A DNA stretch of 64,000 nucleotides from an uncultured delta proteobacterium (GCA_963753975.1 CAVWEH010000004.1:96001-160000); one strand, 5' to 3'. Positions 11,974 to 25,279 are shown, counted from the first letter of the stretch. Made by a program: numbers and translations. The notes: generated by a model not told the origin, from the letters alone.

Positions 11974-12444
11974 TTAAAATTTATAATGGGCGAAAGCTTT
12001 ATTTGCTTCGGCCATTTTGTGCACAGCCTCTCTTTTCTTGATTGCTCCCCCACGGTTATTGGCGGCATCAATCAATTCACCCGCCAGCTTTTCTTTCATG
12101 GTCTTCTCCGTGCGCTCCTGAGCATTTGTAATCAACCAGCGAATCGCCAAAGCTGTTCGCCTACCCGGCAGAACTTCTGTCGGCACTTGATAAGTAGAAC
12201 CGCCGACACGCCTTGATTTCACCTCGATTACCGGTTTTACGTTATTTACGGCTTTTTCGAAAAATTCGACTGGCTGCTCCTTTGCTTTCTTCTCAATTAT
12301 ATCGAAAGCGCCATAAAGGATACTTTCGGCAATGCTTTTCTTGCCCCGCTTCAACAACGAATTTACAAATTTTGCTACCAGTTTATTATTAAATTTAGGA
12401 TCGGGTAAAATGTCCCTTTTTTCTATCTCTCGTCTTCTCGGCAT
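11974..12444 (-). CDS. rpsG: 30S ribosomal protein S7
   Basis: [23 protein letters not shown]. Confidence 0.99.
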   Translation of the reverse strand: MPRRREIEKRDILPDPKFNNKLVAKFVNSLLKRGKKSIAESILYGAFDIIEKKAKEQPVEFFEKAVNNVKPVIEVKSRRVGGSTYQVPTEVLPGRRTALAIRWLITNAQERTEKTMKEKLAGELIDAANNRGGAIKKREAVHKMAEANKAFAHYKF

Positions 12445-12458
12445 TTAACTATCCCCGT

Positions 12459-12831
12459 CTAACTTGGCTTTTTAGCCCCATATTTTGACCTACCCTGTTT
12501 ACGATCTTGAACGCCCACAGCATCAAGCGTACCCCTGACAATATGATATCTTACGCCGGGCAAATCCTTAACCCTACCTCCGCGCACCAGGACAACTGAA
12601 TGCTCCTGCAGATTATGGCCGATACCCGGGAATGTATGAAGAGACTTCATAACCTGTGGTAAGACGAACTCTCGCTACTTTACGCAAGGCTGAATTCGGT
12701 TTTTTGGGGGTTGTCGTATATACCCGGACACAAACTCCACGGCGCTGCGGTGAACCTGCCAGTGCCGGAGTATTTGTTTTCCTTTGTATTTTAATCCTGC
12801 CTTTCCGAACTAATTGGCTAATCGTCGGCAT
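12459..12831 (-). CDS. rpsL: 30S ribosomal protein S12, split by one extra base near 12627 (probable sequencing error)
   Basis: N-half [10 protein letters not shown]...[10 protein letters not shown] and C-half GHNLQEHS...[10 protein letters not shown] lie in two frames joined at a G/C run. Confidence 0.96.
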
Positions 12832-12945
12832 TCTTCCTCCAAAACTAACTAAATATCTTCACGCTATTCTTATCAACAGCAACAAATCTGTGTTTGCTAT
12901 CAATTAACCCTACATATGTCAAGTATTTTCTGAACTTTTTCCAAC

Positions 12946-15900
12946 TTATTCCAAACTGACGCCAGGATTGTTATCCTCAAGCTGAATGCCTAATTTCCTG
13001 TACATCACTAAACCCGTACCCGCTGTTATCAACCTGCCCATAATGACGTTTTCTTTGAGTCCTCTCAAATAATCCGTTTTACCCGACAGAGAAGCTTCGG
13101 TAAGCACTCTGGTTGTTTCCTGAAACGAAGCGGCAGAAATGAAGCTCTGGGTGCTCAAAGATGCTTTGGTAATGCCTAAAAGCAGAGGTTCACCTATGGC
13201 CGGACGGCCTCCTTGAGCCATAACCTTTTCATTCTCTTCCTGAAAGCGGTAGCGTTCAACCTGTTCGTCAGCAAGCAGCACCGTATCGCCCGGATCCGTA
13301 ACGCGAACCCTCCGTAACATTTGGCGGACTATAACTTCCATATGTTTGTCGTTAATTTTAACTCCCTGTAATCGATAAACTTCCTGCACTTCATCAACCA
13401 AATATCTAGCCAGTTCCTTCTCTCCCTTGATGGCTAAAAGATCATGCGGATTATTAACACCGTCCATCAAAGCATCGCCCGGTGTTACACTGTCGCCTTC
13501 CTGAACGCTGATATGTTTGCCTTTGGCAATAAGGTACTCTTTTTCCTCTCCAATTTCCGGGGTAACAATGATCTTGCGCTTGCCCTTTGCGTCCTTGCCA
13601 TAAGAGACAACACCTTCAATTTCACTGATGACTGCAAAATCTTTTGGCTTCCGGGCTTCAAAAAGCTCCGCCACTCGAGGCAAACCACCCGTTATATCCT
13701 TAGTTTTAGTTGTTTCCCGGGGAATCTTTGCAATAATATCTCCCGCATGAACTTGATCCCCTTCAGAAACGACTATATTAACTCCTACGGACAATAAATA
13801 ACGGGCAACAGAATTCGTACCGGCTATTTTAGCCGTTTTACCTTTGTTATCTTTTACCGAAACACGTGGTCTTAAATCACCCCCTTTAAATTCGATAACA
13901 ACCTTACGGGACAAGCCGGTGACTTCATCAACTTGCTCTTGCATCGTTTTCCCTTCGATGATGTCGCCATATTTGATCGTTCCGTCAACTTCAGCCAGAA
14001 TCGGTATGGAGAAAGGGTCCCATTCGGCAATCAATTGTCCGCGCTTGACAGAGCTATTATCTTTTACCTTCAAATGCGCGCCGTAAGGCACCGTATACTT
14101 ACCGCGACTTCTTTTCTGTTCATCCAAAACATGGACTTCTCCATGACGGTTCATCACGACGAATTCATCTTCCCTTGTTTTTACGGTATTTAAGTTAATG
14201 AATTTAATCACGCCGTCATGGTGCGCTTCCAGGGTAGAGTGCTCGTCGAACTTCGCCGTGCCGCCGATGTGGAATGTTCTCATCGTTAACTGTGTTCCCG
14301 GCTCGCCGATAGACTGAGCGGCAACAATGCCGACTGCCTCACCGATATTAACAAGGTGGCCGTGAGCCAGATCTCTTCCGTAACACATGGCACAAACACC
14401 GTGCTTCGAGCGACAGGTTAAAACCGAGCGGATGCTAACTCTTTCAATGCCGGAACGATCGATCTTTTCCGCCAGCGCCTCATCTATCGCCTCATTGGCC
14501 TTGACGATGACTTCAGAAGTAAATGGGTCTCTGACTTCCTGCAGAGCAACTCGCCCCAAAACGCGCTCTCCAGCCGTCTCGATGATTTCGCCGCCTTCCA
14601 TAAGCGCCGAAACGTAAATTCCGTCGACCGTTTCGCAATCATTCTCGGTAATTATGCAATCTTGCGCGACATCAACCAACCTTCTGGTCAGATAGCCGGA
14701 ATTAGCTGTTTTCAGTGCCGTATCGGCCAAACCTTTGCGTGCGCCGTGAGTAGAAATAAAATACTGAAGGACCGTTAACCCTTCGCGGAAATTTGCCGTA
14801 ATCGGCGTTTCAATAATTTCTCCCGACGGCTTGGCCATAAGTCCTCGCATGCCCGCCAGCTGTCTTAATTGCACCGCAGAGCCGCGGGCGCCCGAATCGG
14901 CCATCATATATATAGGATTGAAACTTTCGATTTTACGCTTCTTGCCTTCGGCAGCGGGGACCTCTTCCGTACTGATACCGGTTAACATTTCGGAGGCAAT
15001 CTTTTCCGTTGATTGAGCCCAAATATCGATAACTTTATTGTAACGCTCGCCGTCAGTAATCAGACCATCCATATACTGTTTCTGAATTTTCAGCACATCC
15101 TTATCGGCCTGCAAAACAATGTTCTTTTTATTCTCCGGAATAATCATATTGCCCACGGCGAAAGATAGTCCGGAAATAGTGGCATACTTGAAGCCCAAAT
15201 CCTTGAGCCTATCGGCCAAAAGGACCGTTGTCTTATCGCCGCACAGGCGGTAACAGTGGTCGATTAAATTGGCGAGTTCCTTTTTATTCATCAATTTATT
15301 GATCGTATCGAAAGTAATTTCACCCGGAACTATTTCCGAAAGAACAACCCTGCCCACGGTGGTGTCTTTCAACTCCGAGTCAATTCGTACCTTAATACGG
15401 GCGTGTAAATCAATTACACCTGCGTCAAGGGCTGAGCGCACTTCTTCGCGGGATGAAAAAACCATTCCTTCGCCTTTTACAGCAGTCTTGGCCCTGGTCA
15501 AATAATAAATACCCAAAACGATATCCTGACTCGGGATGATAATCGGCTTTCCGTTGGCCGGAGAGAGAATGTTGTTCGTGGACATCATCAGAACACGCGC
15601 TTCGGTTTGAGCCTCGATGGATAAGGGAACGTGAACGGCCATTTGGTCTCCGTCGAAGTCCGCATTAAAGGCTGTGCAAACCAGCGGATGCAGACGAATA
15701 GCCTTTCCTTCAATTAGCACCGGTTCAAAGGCCTGCATGCCCAGGCGGTGCAAGGTTGGCGCGCGGTTGAGGATGACCGGATACTCGCGCACAACTTCAT
15801 CCAACGCGTCCCATACTTCCGAAGTTTCTCTTTCCACCATTTTCTTGGCACTTTTTACGGTGGTAACATATCCTTTTTCCAGCAAGCGGTTGTAAATAAA

Positions 15901-17040
15901 AGGTTTAAAAAGTTCGAGCGCCATTTTTTTCGGCAAACCGCACTGATGCAGCCGGAGATCAGGTCCGACAGTGATAACTGAACGCCCGGAGTAATCTACT
16001 CTTTTACCCAATAAGTTCTGGCGGAAACGTCCTTGTTTCCCCTTCAACATATCGGATAGAGACCGGAGAGGCCTCTTATTTGTTCCGGTAATAGCCCGGC
16101 CGCGACGTCCATTGTCAAAAAGAACATCTACCGCTTCCTGCAGCATACGCTTTTCATTGCGGATAATTATTTCCGGTGCATTCAATTCCTGCAGACGTTT
16201 TAAGCGGTTATTTCTATTGATGACCCTTCGGTATAAATCGTTAAGATCGGATGTGGCAAAGCGGCCGCCATCCAGAGGAACCAATGGCCTTAAATCAGGC
16301 GGAATCACGGGCAGGATTGTCAAAATCATCCACTCCGGCTTATTCCCGGATTTGCGCAAGGCTTCCACTACTTTCAATCTCTTGACAAGTTTCTTTTTCT
16401 TGGTGTCGGAAACAGCGGTAACTACCTCTGAGCGCAGCTCTTCATAGAGTTTTTCCAAATCAATTTCTTCCAGAAGCTGGCGGATAGCCTCAGCGCCGAT
16501 CCCCGCAACCAAACCATCCTCTCCATATTGCTCTTTGGCTTCGATGTATTCCTCATCCGTTAACAGCTCTTTTTTCTTCAAGGTAGTGTTTTTCGGATCG
16601 AGAACAATCCAAGATTCAAAATAAAGAACCTTTTCCAGTTCCTTCAGGGATAAATCCATGACATTTCCGATGCGACTGGGAAGGCTCTTTAAAAACCAGA
16701 TGTGGGCGACGGGTGTTGCCAGGGTAATATGTCCCATCCTTTCCCGGCGGACTTTGGATTGAATAACTTCGACACCGCACTTTTCGCAAACCACACCACG
16801 GTGTTTCATCCGCTTGTAGCGCCCGCAAAGACATTCGTAGTCCTTTACCGGCCCAAATATCTTGGCGCAAAAAAGCCCATCTCTTTCCGGCTTGAACGTC
16901 CGGTAATTGATGGTTTCCGGTTTCTTGACTTCACCATGCGACCAAGAAAGAATCTTATCCGGTGAAGCAATAGAAATCTTTATTGCATTAAATCTAATCG
17001 GATTTTTTGGCTTCTCAAAATAACTGAAAACATCTTCCAC
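12946..17040 (-). CDS. rpoC: RNA polymerase beta' subunit
   Basis: NADFDGD catalytic motif; N-terminal Zn finger. Confidence 0.99.
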   Translation of the reverse strand: MEDVFSYFEKPKNPIRFNAIKISIASPDKILSWSHGEVKKPETINYRTFKPERDGLFCAKIFGPVKDYECLCGRYKRMKHRGVVCEKCGVEVIQSKVRRERMGHITLATPVAHIWFLKSLPSRIGNVMDLSLKELEKVLYFESWIVLDPKNTTLKKKELLTDEEYIEAKEQYGEDGLVAGIGAEAIRQLLEEIDLEKLYEELRSEVVTAVSDTKKKKLVKRLKVVEALRKSGNKPEWMILTILPVIPPDLRPLVPLDGGRFATSDLNDLYRRVINRNNRLKRLQELNAPEIIIRNEKRMLQEAVDVLFDNGRRGRAITGTNKRPLRSLSDMLKGKQGRFRQNLLGKRVDYSGRSVITVGPDLRLHQCGLPKKMALELFKPFIYNRLLEKGYVTTVKSAKKMVERETSEVWDALDEVVREYPVILNRAPTLHRLGMQAFEPVLIEGKAIRLHPLVCTAFNADFDGDQMAVHVPLSIEAQTEARVLMMSTNNILSPANGKPIIIPSQDIVLGIYYLTRAKTAVKGEGMVFSSREEVRSALDAGVIDLHARIKVRIDSELKDTTVGRVVLSEIVPGEITFDTINKLMNKKELANLIDHCYRLCGDKTTVLLADRLKDLGFKYATISGLSFAVGNMIIPENKKNIVLQADKDVLKIQKQYMDGLITDGERYNKVIDIWAQSTEKIASEMLTGISTEEVPAAEGKKRKIESFNPIYMMADSGARGSAVQLRQLAGMRGLMAKPSGEIIETPITANFREGLTVLQYFISTHGARKGLADTALKTANSGYLTRRLVDVAQDCIITENDCETVDGIYVSALMEGGEIIETAGERVLGRVALQEVRDPFTSEVIVKANEAIDEALAEKIDRSGIERVSIRSVLTCRSKHGVCAMCYGRDLAHGHLVNIGEAVGIVAAQSIGEPGTQLTMRTFHIGGTAKFDEHSTLEAHHDGVIKFINLNTVKTREDEFVVMNRHGEVHVLDEQKRSRGKYTVPYGAHLKVKDNSSVKRGQLIAEWDPFSIPILAEVDGTIKYGDIIEGKTMQEQVDEVTGLSRKVVIEFKGGDLRPRVSVKDNKGKTAKIAGTNSVARYLLSVGVNIVVSEGDQVHAGDIIAKIPRETTKTKDITGGLPRVAELFEARKPKDFAVISEIEGVVSYGKDAKGKRKIIVTPEIGEEKEYLIAKGKHISVQEGDSVTPGDALMDGVNNPHDLLAIKGEKELARYLVDEVQEVYRLQGVKINDKHMEVIVRQMLRRVRVTDPGDTVLLADEQVERYRFQEENEKVMAQGGRPAIGEPLLLGITKASLSTQSFISAASFQETTRVLTEASLSGKTDYLRGLKENVIMGRLITAGTGLVMYRKLGIQLEDNNPGVSLE

Positions 17041-17113
17041 GAATTTTCTCCTCTACTAACCATTAACCATCTAAATAAATTATGTTAAACGTTTACACAA
17101 AGTTGCTTTAATT

Positions 17114-20100
17114 TTATTGTTTCTGCGTGTTCACATCATCTGTTTCTTCTATCAATTCTACGTCCAAGCCGAGACTCTGCAGTTCTTTAACCAGCACGTT
17201 GAAAGATTCCGGCAGACCCGGCTCAAATGTATGTTCACCTTTAACGATAGATTCGTAAATCCTTGTCCGGCCGGCTACATCATCGGATTTGACTGTAAGA
17301 AATTCCTGCAGAGTATAAGAAGCCCCGTAAGCCTCCATAGCCCATACTTCCATTTCACCTAATCTTTGCCCGCCAAACTGAGCTTTACCGCCCAAGGGCT
17401 GCTGGGTCACTAGGGAATACGGGCCTATGGAACGAGCATGAATTTTATTATCAACCAAGTGGTGCAGCTTCATCATGTAAATGATCCCTACTGTAACTTC
17501 CTGGTCAAAAGGCTCACCGGTTCTGCCATCAAAGAGCATTGCTTGTCCTTTTTCCGGCAATTCAGCTTTTTCCAGCATTTCTCTAATCTGAGTTTCGGGG
17601 CAACCGTCAAAAACAGGGCTGGCTACCAGCATCCCTTTTTTTAACCGCCCGACGAAGCTCTTGATTTCTTCGGTTGTAGCCTGCTCAAGAAATTTATCAA
17701 AATCTGGCGAAGAGTATGTTTTTTTCAGTTCGCTTTTAACATTATTCAAATTGAAATTTTTTTCTAAAAGCTCGTTCAAACTTTCGCCGATTGATTTTGC
17801 CGCCCAGCCTAAATGAGTCTCGAGAATTTGTCCGACATTCATTCGCGAAGGAACCCCTAAGGGATTAAGAACGATATCCACCGTAGAGCCGTCGGCAAAA
17901 TAAGGCATATCTTCTTCCGGTAAAATTCGCGATAAAACGCCTTTGTTGCCGTGCCTTCCCGCCATCTTATCGCCAACGGAAAGTTTTCTCTTAATCGCGA
18001 TATAAACCTTAACCATTTTTATTACCCCGGGAGGAAGTTCGTCGCTCGCTTTAATCTTCTCCAGCTTTTCTTCAGAATGCGCTCGAATAAAATCTATTTT
18101 CCTTTCCATGGAAGAAAGGAGGTTCGTTAACTTCTCTTCGGTATTATCGCTTTCCGCAATAGTAATATCTTTCCAGTAACTGAAGGGAAGATCATTCAAA
18201 ATGTCTTTGGTGAGCTTGTCACCTTTTTTTAAAAGGGTTTTCTTTTTGGCATCGACGATCTTCGCGGAGAGGGTCTTTCCATTAACCAGTCTCGCCACAT
18301 CTTTCTTTATTGTTTCGGTAAGAATGCGGATTTCATCGTCCCTGTCTTTAGTTAATTGCTCAATGGCGTCGGCTTCGATGGCTTGAGATCGCAAGTCCCT
18401 GTCCGCGCCTTTCCTGGTAAATATTTTTGCATCGATAACCGTGCCTTCAACTCCGGGAGGCACGCGTAAAGATGTATCACGCACATCACTGGCCTTCTCG
18501 CCGAATATTGCCCGCAATAGTTTTTCTTCAGCAGAAAGCTGGGTCTCTCCTTTGGGGGTAATCTTGCCGACAAGGATATCTCCGGGCTTGACGGAAACGC
18601 CAATGCGAATAATGCCGCTTTCATCTAAGTTTCTCAGCGCTTCTTCACCAACGTTGGGAATGTCCCGGGTAATTTCTTCTTTGCCCAGCTTGGTATCGCG
18701 CGCCATAGTTTCAAATTCTTCGATATGAATCGAAGTATAAATATCCTCCTTGACTATTCTTTCGCTAACCAAAATGGAATCTTCATAATTGTAACCACCC
18801 CAGGACATGAAGGCAACCATAACATTCCTGCCTAGCGCTAACTCGCCGTCATCGGTTGCCGGCCCATCGGCCAATATATCTTTTTTGCCGACGCGTTCAC
18901 CGCTGTTAACTATCGGCTTCTGATTAAAACAAGTATCCTGATTAGAGCGCTGGTACTTAGCTAAAGGATAAATATCAACACCACTATCGATGCCGTCCTC
19001 TTCGGGATGGTCAGCACGAATAACAATCCGGGAAGCATCAACGGTTTCTACATGTCCCGATCTTTTGGCTACAAGCACCGCTCCGGAATCACGCGCAACA
19101 ACCGATTCCATCCCGGTGCCCACTATCGGCATTTCCGGGCACATCAGCGGCACAGCTTGTCTTTGCATATTGGATCCCATGAGCGCACGGTTGGCATCAT
19201 CATGTTCCAGGAAGGGAATCAATGCCGCCGCTACGCTGACGAGTTGGTTGGGAGAAACATCCATCATTTTAAGTTCGTCCGGTACAACGGAAATAAAGTC
19301 TCCTCCCTTTCTGACGGAGATCAGTTCCTCTACAAACCTTCCGCTTTTATCCAAAGGACGGTCGGCGGGCGCGATGATCTGGTTTTCTTCTTCGATCGCC
19401 GTCACAAAGCGGACTTCGTTCGATACCTTGCCGTTTTCCACTATCTTATAGGGCGTCTCGATAAAGCCGAATTCATTGACCCGAGCATAAGTGCTGAGAG
19501 AGACGATCAGACCGATATTAGGACCTTCCGGAGTTTCTATAGGACAAATGCGGCCATAATGTGTGGGATGGACGTCGCGAACTTCAAATCCGGCCCTTTC
19601 CCGTGTTAAGCCGCCGGGCCCCAATGCGGACAGGCGTCTCTTATGTGTAATTTCCGAAAGAGGATTGGTTTGATCCATAAACTGAGAAAGTTGGCTCGAA
19701 CCGAAAAATTCATTAACAACGGCCGATACAGGCTTGGCATTGATCAGATCATGCGGCATCATTGTCTCAATATCCTGCAGGCTCATTTTTTCTTTGATTG
19801 CCCGCTCCATGCGTACTAAACCGATGCGATATTGGTTTTCAATAAGTTCCCCGACAGACCTTACCCTGCGGTTACCTAAATGGTCGATATCATCTACACT
19901 GCAATCACCGACGCTATTTTTCAAATCGATCAAATATTTAACCGCGGATAAAATATCTTCATTGCGTAACACAGTCACGTCAGTCGGCACATTCAAATGC
20001 AATTTGTAATTCATCTTTGCCCGGCCCACATCCGAAAGATCGTAAGTTTCGGGTTCAAAAAACAGGCTGTGAAAAAATTTAGCCGCCGTTTCCGGCGTCG

Positions 20101-21253
20101 GAGGATTGCTCGGACGCAAACGACGATATATCTCCAGCACGGCATCTTCAGCGGTATCGATTTTATCCATCAACAAGGTATCCCGAATGGCGGCGTTATC
20201 CAGATCCTCATCGAGATAAATAAAGCGCAACTCTTTGATGCCCCTCTGCTTAGCTGTTTCCAAAGCATTTAAGGGCAATTCTTCATTGCAATGGAAGATA
20301 ATTTCGCCGGTCTTGGGATCACGGACATCCGCAGAAAGAATCTTTCCGGCAAGATCGGTTTCCTTGATCGCGATACGCTTGACACCGGAATCCAATACTC
20401 TTTTCAAAAGAGGCTTGGTCAGCTTCCGACCTTTCTTGATTATCATTTCACCGCTTTTCGGATCTTTGATATCTTCAGGAGCTTTTTGTCCGGCCAGCGT
20501 GTCGTCAGTCGTAAAATAGAGCTTTTCGCTTTCAATGGTAACTTTTTCGATGCTGTAAAAATAATTGAGAATGAATTCCGTGGAATTGCCCATCGCTTTA
20601 AGCAAAATAGTTACCGGCATTTTACGGCGGCGGTCAATCCGGACATACAGAAGGTCCTTGGAATCAAATTCCAAATCCAGCCAAGATCCTCTGATGGGAA
20701 TGATGCGCGCCGAATAAATCAATTTGCCGCTGGCCACGGTTTTCCCTTTGTCATGATCAAAGAAGATGCCGGGTGAACGATGCAGCTGACTGACAATAAC
20801 TCGTTCCGTACCGTTAACTATAAAAGTGCCGTTTTCGGTCATCAGCGGGATTTCACCGAAGTATATTTCCTGTTCCTTGATGTCGCGTATCGGCTTGGTC
20901 TCGGTTGCTTCTCTGCCGATTTTGGCATCGGCAATGCGGTCGGTATCGAATACGACCAACCTCACCACAATTTTCAATGGAGCGGCATAAGTCATTCCTT
21001 TTTGGATACATTCTTTTATGTCATACCGGACATCGCCGATTTTATAGCTGACAAATTCCAAAGAACATTTCCCACTGAAATCCGAAATCGGAAAAACGCT
21101 CTTAAAAGCGCCCTGTAGGCCGACATTGCTTCTTTTCGCGGCCGCCAAATCCTTTTGGAGAAATTTCTCGTATGATATTGTCTGGATCTCAATTAAATTG
21201 GGAATATCCAATATCTTTTTTACCCGGCCGAAATTTTTTCTAAATTTGTCCAT
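17114..21253 (-). CDS. rpoB: RNA polymerase beta subunit
   Basis: [25 protein letters not shown]. Confidence 0.99.
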   Translation of the reverse strand: MDKFRKNFGRVKKILDIPNLIEIQTISYEKFLQKDLAAAKRSNVGLQGAFKSVFPISDFSGKCSLEFVSYKIGDVRYDIKECIQKGMTYAAPLKIVVRLVVFDTDRIADAKIGREATETKPIRDIKEQEIYFGEIPLMTENGTFIVNGTERVIVSQLHRSPGIFFDHDKGKTVASGKLIYSARIIPIRGSWLDLEFDSKDLLYVRIDRRRKMPVTILLKAMGNSTEFILNYFYSIEKVTIESEKLYFTTDDTLAGQKAPEDIKDPKSGEMIIKKGRKLTKPLLKRVLDSGVKRIAIKETDLAGKILSADVRDPKTGEIIFHCNEELPLNALETAKQRGIKELRFIYLDEDLDNAAIRDTLLMDKIDTAEDAVLEIYRRLRPSNPPTPETAAKFFHSLFFEPETYDLSDVGRAKMNYKLHLNVPTDVTVLRNEDILSAVKYLIDLKNSVGDCSVDDIDHLGNRRVRSVGELIENQYRIGLVRMERAIKEKMSLQDIETMMPHDLINAKPVSAVVNEFFGSSQLSQFMDQTNPLSEITHKRRLSALGPGGLTRERAGFEVRDVHPTHYGRICPIETPEGPNIGLIVSLSTYARVNEFGFIETPYKIVENGKVSNEVRFVTAIEEENQIIAPADRPLDKSGRFVEELISVRKGGDFISVVPDELKMMDVSPNQLVSVAAALIPFLEHDDANRALMGSNMQRQAVPLMCPEMPIVGTGMESVVARDSGAVLVAKRSGHVETVDASRIVIRADHPEEDGIDSGVDIYPLAKYQRSNQDTCFNQKPIVNSGERVGKKDILADGPATDDGELALGRNVMVAFMSWGGYNYEDSILVSERIVKEDIYTSIHIEEFETMARDTKLGKEEITRDIPNVGEEALRNLDESGIIRIGVSVKPGDILVGKITPKGETQLSAEEKLLRAIFGEKASDVRDTSLRVPPGVEGTVIDAKIFTRKGADRDLRSQAIEADAIEQLTKDRDDEIRILTETIKKDVARLVNGKTLSAKIVDAKKKTLLKKGDKLTKDILNDLPFSYWKDITIAESDNTEEKLTNLLSSMERKIDFIRAHSEEKLEKIKASDELPPGVIKMVKVYIAIKRKLSVGDKMAGRHGNKGVLSRILPEEDMPYFADGSTVDIVLNPLGVPSRMNVGQILETHLGWAAKSIGESLNELLEKNFNLNNVKSELKKTYSSPDFDKFLEQATTEEIKSFVGRLKKGMLVASPVFDGCPETQIREMLEKAELPEKGQAMLFDGRTGEPFDQEVTVGIIYMMKLHHLVDNKIHARSIGPYSLVTQQPLGGKAQFGGQRLGEMEVWAMEAYGASYTLQEFLTVKSDDVAGRTRIYESIVKGEHTFEPGLPESFNVLVKELQSLGLDVELIEETDDVNTQKQ

Positions 21254-21291
21254 AACATCCTTTAAAAATAAAATATTTGTTAGAGATCATG

Positions 21292-21678
21292 TTATTTAAT
21301 CTCGACGGTTCCACCAACTTCTTCAATTTTCTTCTTAATATCGGCGGCTTCATCTTTGGAAACGCCTTCCTTGATCGGTTTGGGTATTCCTTCCACCAAG
21401 TCTTTTGCTTCCTTGAGTCCTAATCCGGTAATTGCTCTCACAACTTTTATTACCTGAATTTTTTCCGCACCGAAACCGGTGAGGATGGTGCTAAATTCCG
21501 TTTTTTCTTCAGCTGCCGCAGCCGCCGGAGCTCCGCCCGGAACTGCCATCGCCGCCATCATCGGAGCGGCGGCGGAAACACCAAATTTTTCTTCCAATTC
21601 TTTCACCAGCGCAGAAAGCTCCAGCACGGTCATCTCTTCAATAAATTTTACGACGTCATCTTTAGTTATTTTTGACAT
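21292..21678 (-). CDS. rplL: 50S ribosomal protein L7/L12
   Basis: [22 protein letters not shown]. Confidence 0.99.
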   Translation of the reverse strand: MSKITKDDVVKFIEEMTVLELSALVKELEEKFGVSAAAPMMAAMAVPGGAPAAAAAEEKTEFSTILTGFGAEKIQVIKVVRAITGLGLKEAKDLVEGIPKPIKEGVSKDEAADIKKKIEEVGGTVEIK

Positions 21679-21703
21679 TTTTCTATCCTCTTTTCTGTAT
21701 GTT

Positions 21704-22231
21704 TTATGAGTTTAAAGTTTTTTTCTTATCACTTACGGCATTGAGCACTTGCACAAAGCTTCTCGGGACACCGCTTAAAACCGTCACGAATGATGTCGGC
21801 ACCGCCGCCATAATCGAAACTAACTTACCCAAAAGGACATCCCTGCTGGGTAATTCCGCCAGGATGGTCAAATCGCCTTTGGTTAAAATCTTGCCGTCCA
21901 GCGCACCGATTTTTATTTCCAGTTCCGGATTTTTTTTGGCAAAATCAATCAGAACTTTTGTCGGTTCCACCGGATCTTTGTAGCTTAACACGACGGCAAT
22001 AGGCCATTGGAAATGGTCGGCAAGAACACTGAAGCCGGTTTCTTTTGAGGCAATTCCCAAAAGAGTGTTTTTTACAACCTTCACTTCAGCGTTGGATTTG
22101 CGTAACGCATTTCTCAAAGCTTCCATCTTCTCGACGTTCATCCCGCTGAAACTGGTCAAAACGCCTAGTCTGGCTTCTTTAAGTTTCTCGTGCAGTTCGG
22201 ATACTATTTGCTCTTTCGTTCTCCGATCCAA
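21704..22231 (-). CDS. rplJ: 50S ribosomal protein L10
   Basis: [14 protein letters not shown]; lies upstream of rplL. Confidence 0.98.
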   Translation of the reverse strand: MDRRTKEQIVSELHEKLKEARLGVLTSFSGMNVEKMEALRNALRKSNAEVKVVKNTLLGIASKETGFSVLADHFQWPIAVVLSYKDPVEPTKVLIDFAKKNPELEIKIGALDGKILTKGDLTILAELPSRDVLLGKLVSIMAAVPTSFVTVLSGVPRSFVQVLNAVSDKKKTLNS

Positions 22232-22350
22232 TTTATCAGCCTCCTTTCCAAAAATACTTTAGTTGCCGAGGCCGGAGAATACAGCCACATACAGAAAAAA
22301 CGCCATCTTTCACCTAAACTCCGATTCCCGTTTTTTTTAAAAAATATTTT

Positions 22351-22410
22351 ACTACGAGTCTCGGCAGGCCGCTTTACGTTTAAACTTCTGTACCTGCTGT
22401 CTTCGACCTT
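22351..22410 (-). ncRNA. L10 (rplJ) leader, autogenous regulatory RNA
   Basis: Minus strand GGTCGAAGACAGCAGG...TTTAAA...CCTGCCGAGAC in the rplA-rplJ spacer matches the remembered L10-leader pattern. Confidence 0.75.
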
Positions 22411-22436
22411 TTTGCTAAAAAAATTAGCTCCTCTTT

Positions 22437-23139
22437 CTATTGAGCGGACTTAATATCCAGAGGATCGATTCTCACACCCGCACCCATTGTGCTGGAAAGA
22501 GAAATACTCTTAATATAAATTCCCTTACTCGATGCCGGTTTTAATTTAATAATTGTTTCCAATAGAGCGCTGACGTTTTCGCTCAGCTTTTCGGCGCCAA
22601 AGGAAACTTTGCCCACCGGGGAATGAATGATTCCGGCTTTCTCCACACGAAATTCGACTTTGCCTGTTTTCAGTTCTTTTACCGCATTGGCCACTTCAAA
22701 GGTTACCGTTCCCACCTTGGGATTGGGCATCAAGTCCACGCGGGCCTAGAATCTTGCCGATTTTTCCCACAGCACCCATCATATCCGGCGTGGCGATCAC
22801 CCGGTCAAATTCCAGCCAGCCGCCTTTGATTTTTTCAATGATTTCGTCATTGCCGATTAAATCCGCGCCGGCTTCCAGTGCTTCTTTTTCCTTTTCACCC
22901 TTGGCAAATACCAAAACGCGTACCGACTTTCCCAAACCGTTGGGCAAAACCACACTGCCCCGGACCATTTGATCGGCATGCGCGGGATCGACACCCAAAC
23001 GAACGGCAAGATCGACCGTTTCGTCAAATTTGGGCGCAGGCATCGATGCAACGAGTTCCGCGGCTTCTTTAAGTGTGTAGCGCTTATTTACGCCAATTTT
23101 TGCTTTTGCTGCTAATATGCGTTTGCCTCTTTTTAACAT
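22437..23139 (-). CDS. rplA: 50S ribosomal protein L1, frameshift near 22730 (probable error)
   Basis: FDETVD...LGPRG in one frame, MPNPKVGTV...STMG in the next. Confidence 0.95.
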
Positions 23140-23163
23140 GATAAAACCTCTACCTCTTCCTTA

Positions 23164-23590
23164 TTAACCAGCTATTTCTATTCCCATTGACCTGGCCGTA
23201 CCGGCGATTATCTTCACGGCGCCTTCAATATTCACGGCATTTAAATCGTTAAATTTTAACTCGGCAATTTCCTGCACCTGCTTGGCTGTAACAGTACCCA
23301 CTTTTTCTCTTTTGGGATCATTGGCGCCTTTGGCAATTTTGGCCGCTTGTTTGAGCAGTACGGATGCTGGCGGCGTTTTGGTTATAAAGGTAAAGGACCT
23401 ATCCGCGTAAACGGTAATCACGACCGGAATAATCATTCCCTCTTGATTTTGCGTCATTGCGTTATACGCCTTGCAAAATTCCATAATGTTGACGCCGTGC
23501 TGTCCCAACGCCGGACCTATCGGCGGTGAAGGAGTTGCTTTGCCCTGCCTTTATCTGTAATTTTATATTTGCAATAACTTTTTTTGCCAT
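23164..23590 (-). CDS. rplK: 50S ribosomal protein L11, frameshift near 23545 (probable error)
   Basis: [16 protein letters not shown] / [24 protein letters not shown]. Confidence 0.95.
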
Positions 23591-23647
23591 ATTGATCACC
23601 CTGATCGATAAATTTTTTAAGTTTCGTTTCGCTGTATTATAGGAATA

Positions 23648-24178
23648 CTAACCTTGCGTTACCTGAATGAAATCCAATTCTACCGGCGTCGGCCGGCCAA
23701 AAATGCTCACGATAACCCGAAGCTTGCTTTTTTCCGGTTTTACTTCGTCAATGACTCCGTCAAAATTAGTAAACGGCCCATCGATAATTTTAACATGATC
23801 ACCGACATCGAATTTAAATTTAGGCTTAGGCTTTAAAGTTCCTTCGTCAATCCTGATTTTTAAATTTTCCACATCCTTGTCTGATATGGGCGAAGGTTTA
23901 TCCTTACTGCCGATAAAACCGGTCACCTTCGGCGTGTTCTTTACAATGTGCCAGGTCTCATCGCTCATTTCCATCCGGACAAGTATATAGCCGGGAAAAA
24001 ACTTGCGTTTGGAAGTTTTCTTTTCTCCGGAAATCAATTCCACGACATCTTCCTCAGGGATAAGAATATCCGAAAAATACTCCTGCGCGCCGGCCATTTC
24101 GATTCTTTCCTGCAGGCTCATTTTTACTTTGTTTTCATATCCGGAATAGGTGTGAACAACGTACCATTTAAAGGCCAT
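23648..24178 (-). CDS. nusG: Transcription termination/antitermination factor NusG
   Basis: WYVVHTYSGYE, FFPGY, KOW domain. Confidence 0.99.
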   Translation of the reverse strand: MAFKWYVVHTYSGYENKVKMSLQERIEMAGAQEYFSDILIPEEDVVELISGEKKTSKRKFFPGYILVRMEMSDETWHIVKNTPKVTGFIGSKDKPSPISDKDVENLKIRIDEGTLKPKPKFKFDVGDHVKIIDGPFTNFDGVIDEVKPEKSKLRVIVSIFGRPTPVELDFIQVTQG

Positions 24179-24182
24179 TTGG

Positions 24183-24386
24183 CTAACCTAAAATATATTT
24201 AACGAGTTTAGCAAGAACGTAATCAACTACACCAAGATAAATCGCTACAATAAAAACAATAATAATAACTACTGAAGTAGAAGCCAGGGTCTGTTTAGGG
24301 GTCGGCCAGGTAACCTTCTTCAGCTCCGTCTTAGCTTCGCTTACGAATTGCATTATTTTTTGCAATATTCTTTTGATCTGTTCCAT
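24183..24386 (-). CDS. secE: Preprotein translocase subunit SecE
   Basis: ELKKVTWPT plus one TM helix; start trimmed to MEQIK. Confidence 0.96.
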   Translation of the reverse strand: MEQIKRILQKIMQFVSEAKTELKKVTWPTPKQTLASTSVVIIIVFIVAIYLGVVDYVLAKLVKYILG

Positions 24387-24414
24387 ATCTTTAAAATCCT
24401 TATGCCAAAAGAAA

Positions 24415-24491
24415 TGGCAGGCCAGGAGGGACTTGAACCCCCAGCATCCGGATTTGGAGTCCGGCGCTCTATCCATTAGAGCTACTGGCCT
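24415..24491 (-). tRNA. tRNA-Trp (CCA)
   Basis: Cloverleaf AGGCCAG...CTCCAAA...GGTTCAAGTC...CCA end. Confidence 0.97.
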
Positions 24492-24504
24492 ATGCCCATA
24501 TCCG

Positions 24505-24654
24505 CTATTTTGTTTCCCTGTGCAGCTTATGCCCCCGGCAAAACTTGCAGTATTTTTTCATCTCCAGACGGTTCTGGATGGTGCGCTTATTTTTCGTCGT
24601 AACGTAATTCCTTTGCTTGCATTCCGTGCAAGCCAATATAATATTACTCCTCAT
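24505..24654 (-). CDS. rpmG: 50S ribosomal protein L33, Zn-ribbon type
   Basis: [12 protein letters not shown]...[21 protein letters not shown]. Confidence 0.97.
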   Translation of the reverse strand: MRSNIILACTECKQRNYVTTKNKRTIQNRLEMKKYCKFCRGHKLHRETK

Positions 24655-24666
24655 AACTCTCCTTAC

Positions 24667-24742
24667 TGGAGCCCACGACCAGGATTGAACTGGTGACCTC
24701 ATCCTTACCAAGGATGTGCTCTACCAACTGAGCTACGTGGGC
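24667..24742 (-). tRNA. tRNA-Thr (GGT)
   Basis: GCCCACG...TTGGTAA...AGTTCAATC...CCA. Confidence 0.97.
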
Positions 24743-24781
24743 GCAATCTCTTAGACTTTTGCCCGTATTTTATGAAATACT

Positions 24782-24857
24782 TGGAGCGGGAAACGGGATT
24801 CGAACCCGCGACCCTCAGCTTGGAAGGCTGACGCTCTAGCCACTGAGCTACTCCCGC
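24782..24857 (-). tRNA. tRNA-Gly (TCC)
   Basis: GCGGGAG...CTTCCAA...GGTTCGAATC...CCA. Confidence 0.97.
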
Positions 24858-24879
24858 TTATCCAGCTTCAAAAAATCCT

Positions 24880-24964
24880 TGGTGGAGGGGGGAGGATTCG
24901 AACCTCCGTAGGCTCCGCCGGCAGATTTACAGTCTGCTCCCTTTGGCCGCTCGGGAACCCCTCC
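24880..24964 (-). tRNA. tRNA-Tyr (GTA)
   Basis: 85 nt with long variable arm, anticodon loop CTGTAAA. Confidence 0.97.
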
Positions 24965-24981
24965 AGTATGTAATAGCCAAC

Positions 24982-25057
24982 TGGAGCTGGCGATGGGACT
25001 CGAACCCGCAACCTGCTGATTACAAATCAGCTGCTCTACCGATTGAGCTACGCCAGC
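24982..25057 (-). tRNA. tRNA-Thr (TGT)
   Basis: GCTGGCG...TTTGTAA...GGTTCGAGTC...CCA. Confidence 0.97.
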
Positions 25058-25143
25058 AAATCCCACCTTAAATTCTCTTAAATATTAAGACCTTATGCTC
25101 ATAAACGCAAAAGCGCAAGAATACACCCCTAAGCGAATTGCCG

Positions 25144-25172
25144 AATCTAATTTTTATGGCTGCTTTTGTCAA
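25144..25172 (-). promoter_or_regulatory. Sigma70-type promoter of the tRNA/r-protein operon
   Basis: TTGACA-17 nt-TAGATT followed by a GC-containing discriminator. Confidence 0.65.
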
Positions 25173-25279
25173 GCAAATTTTTAAAAAATCTTATAGATAG
25201 GCGTGAAATCCGGGCTGGCTGGTGGGATGCGCGAAAGTTTCTTTCCCAACATTTCTTATGGAAGGCGTTTTTTTGTGGT

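Noticed and set aside
12600..12660. Programmed frameshifting or true pseudogenes in rpsL, rplA, rplK and alaS
   Set aside because: These are essential genes with no slippery-site or stimulator pattern; the window-wide indels fit sequencing error.
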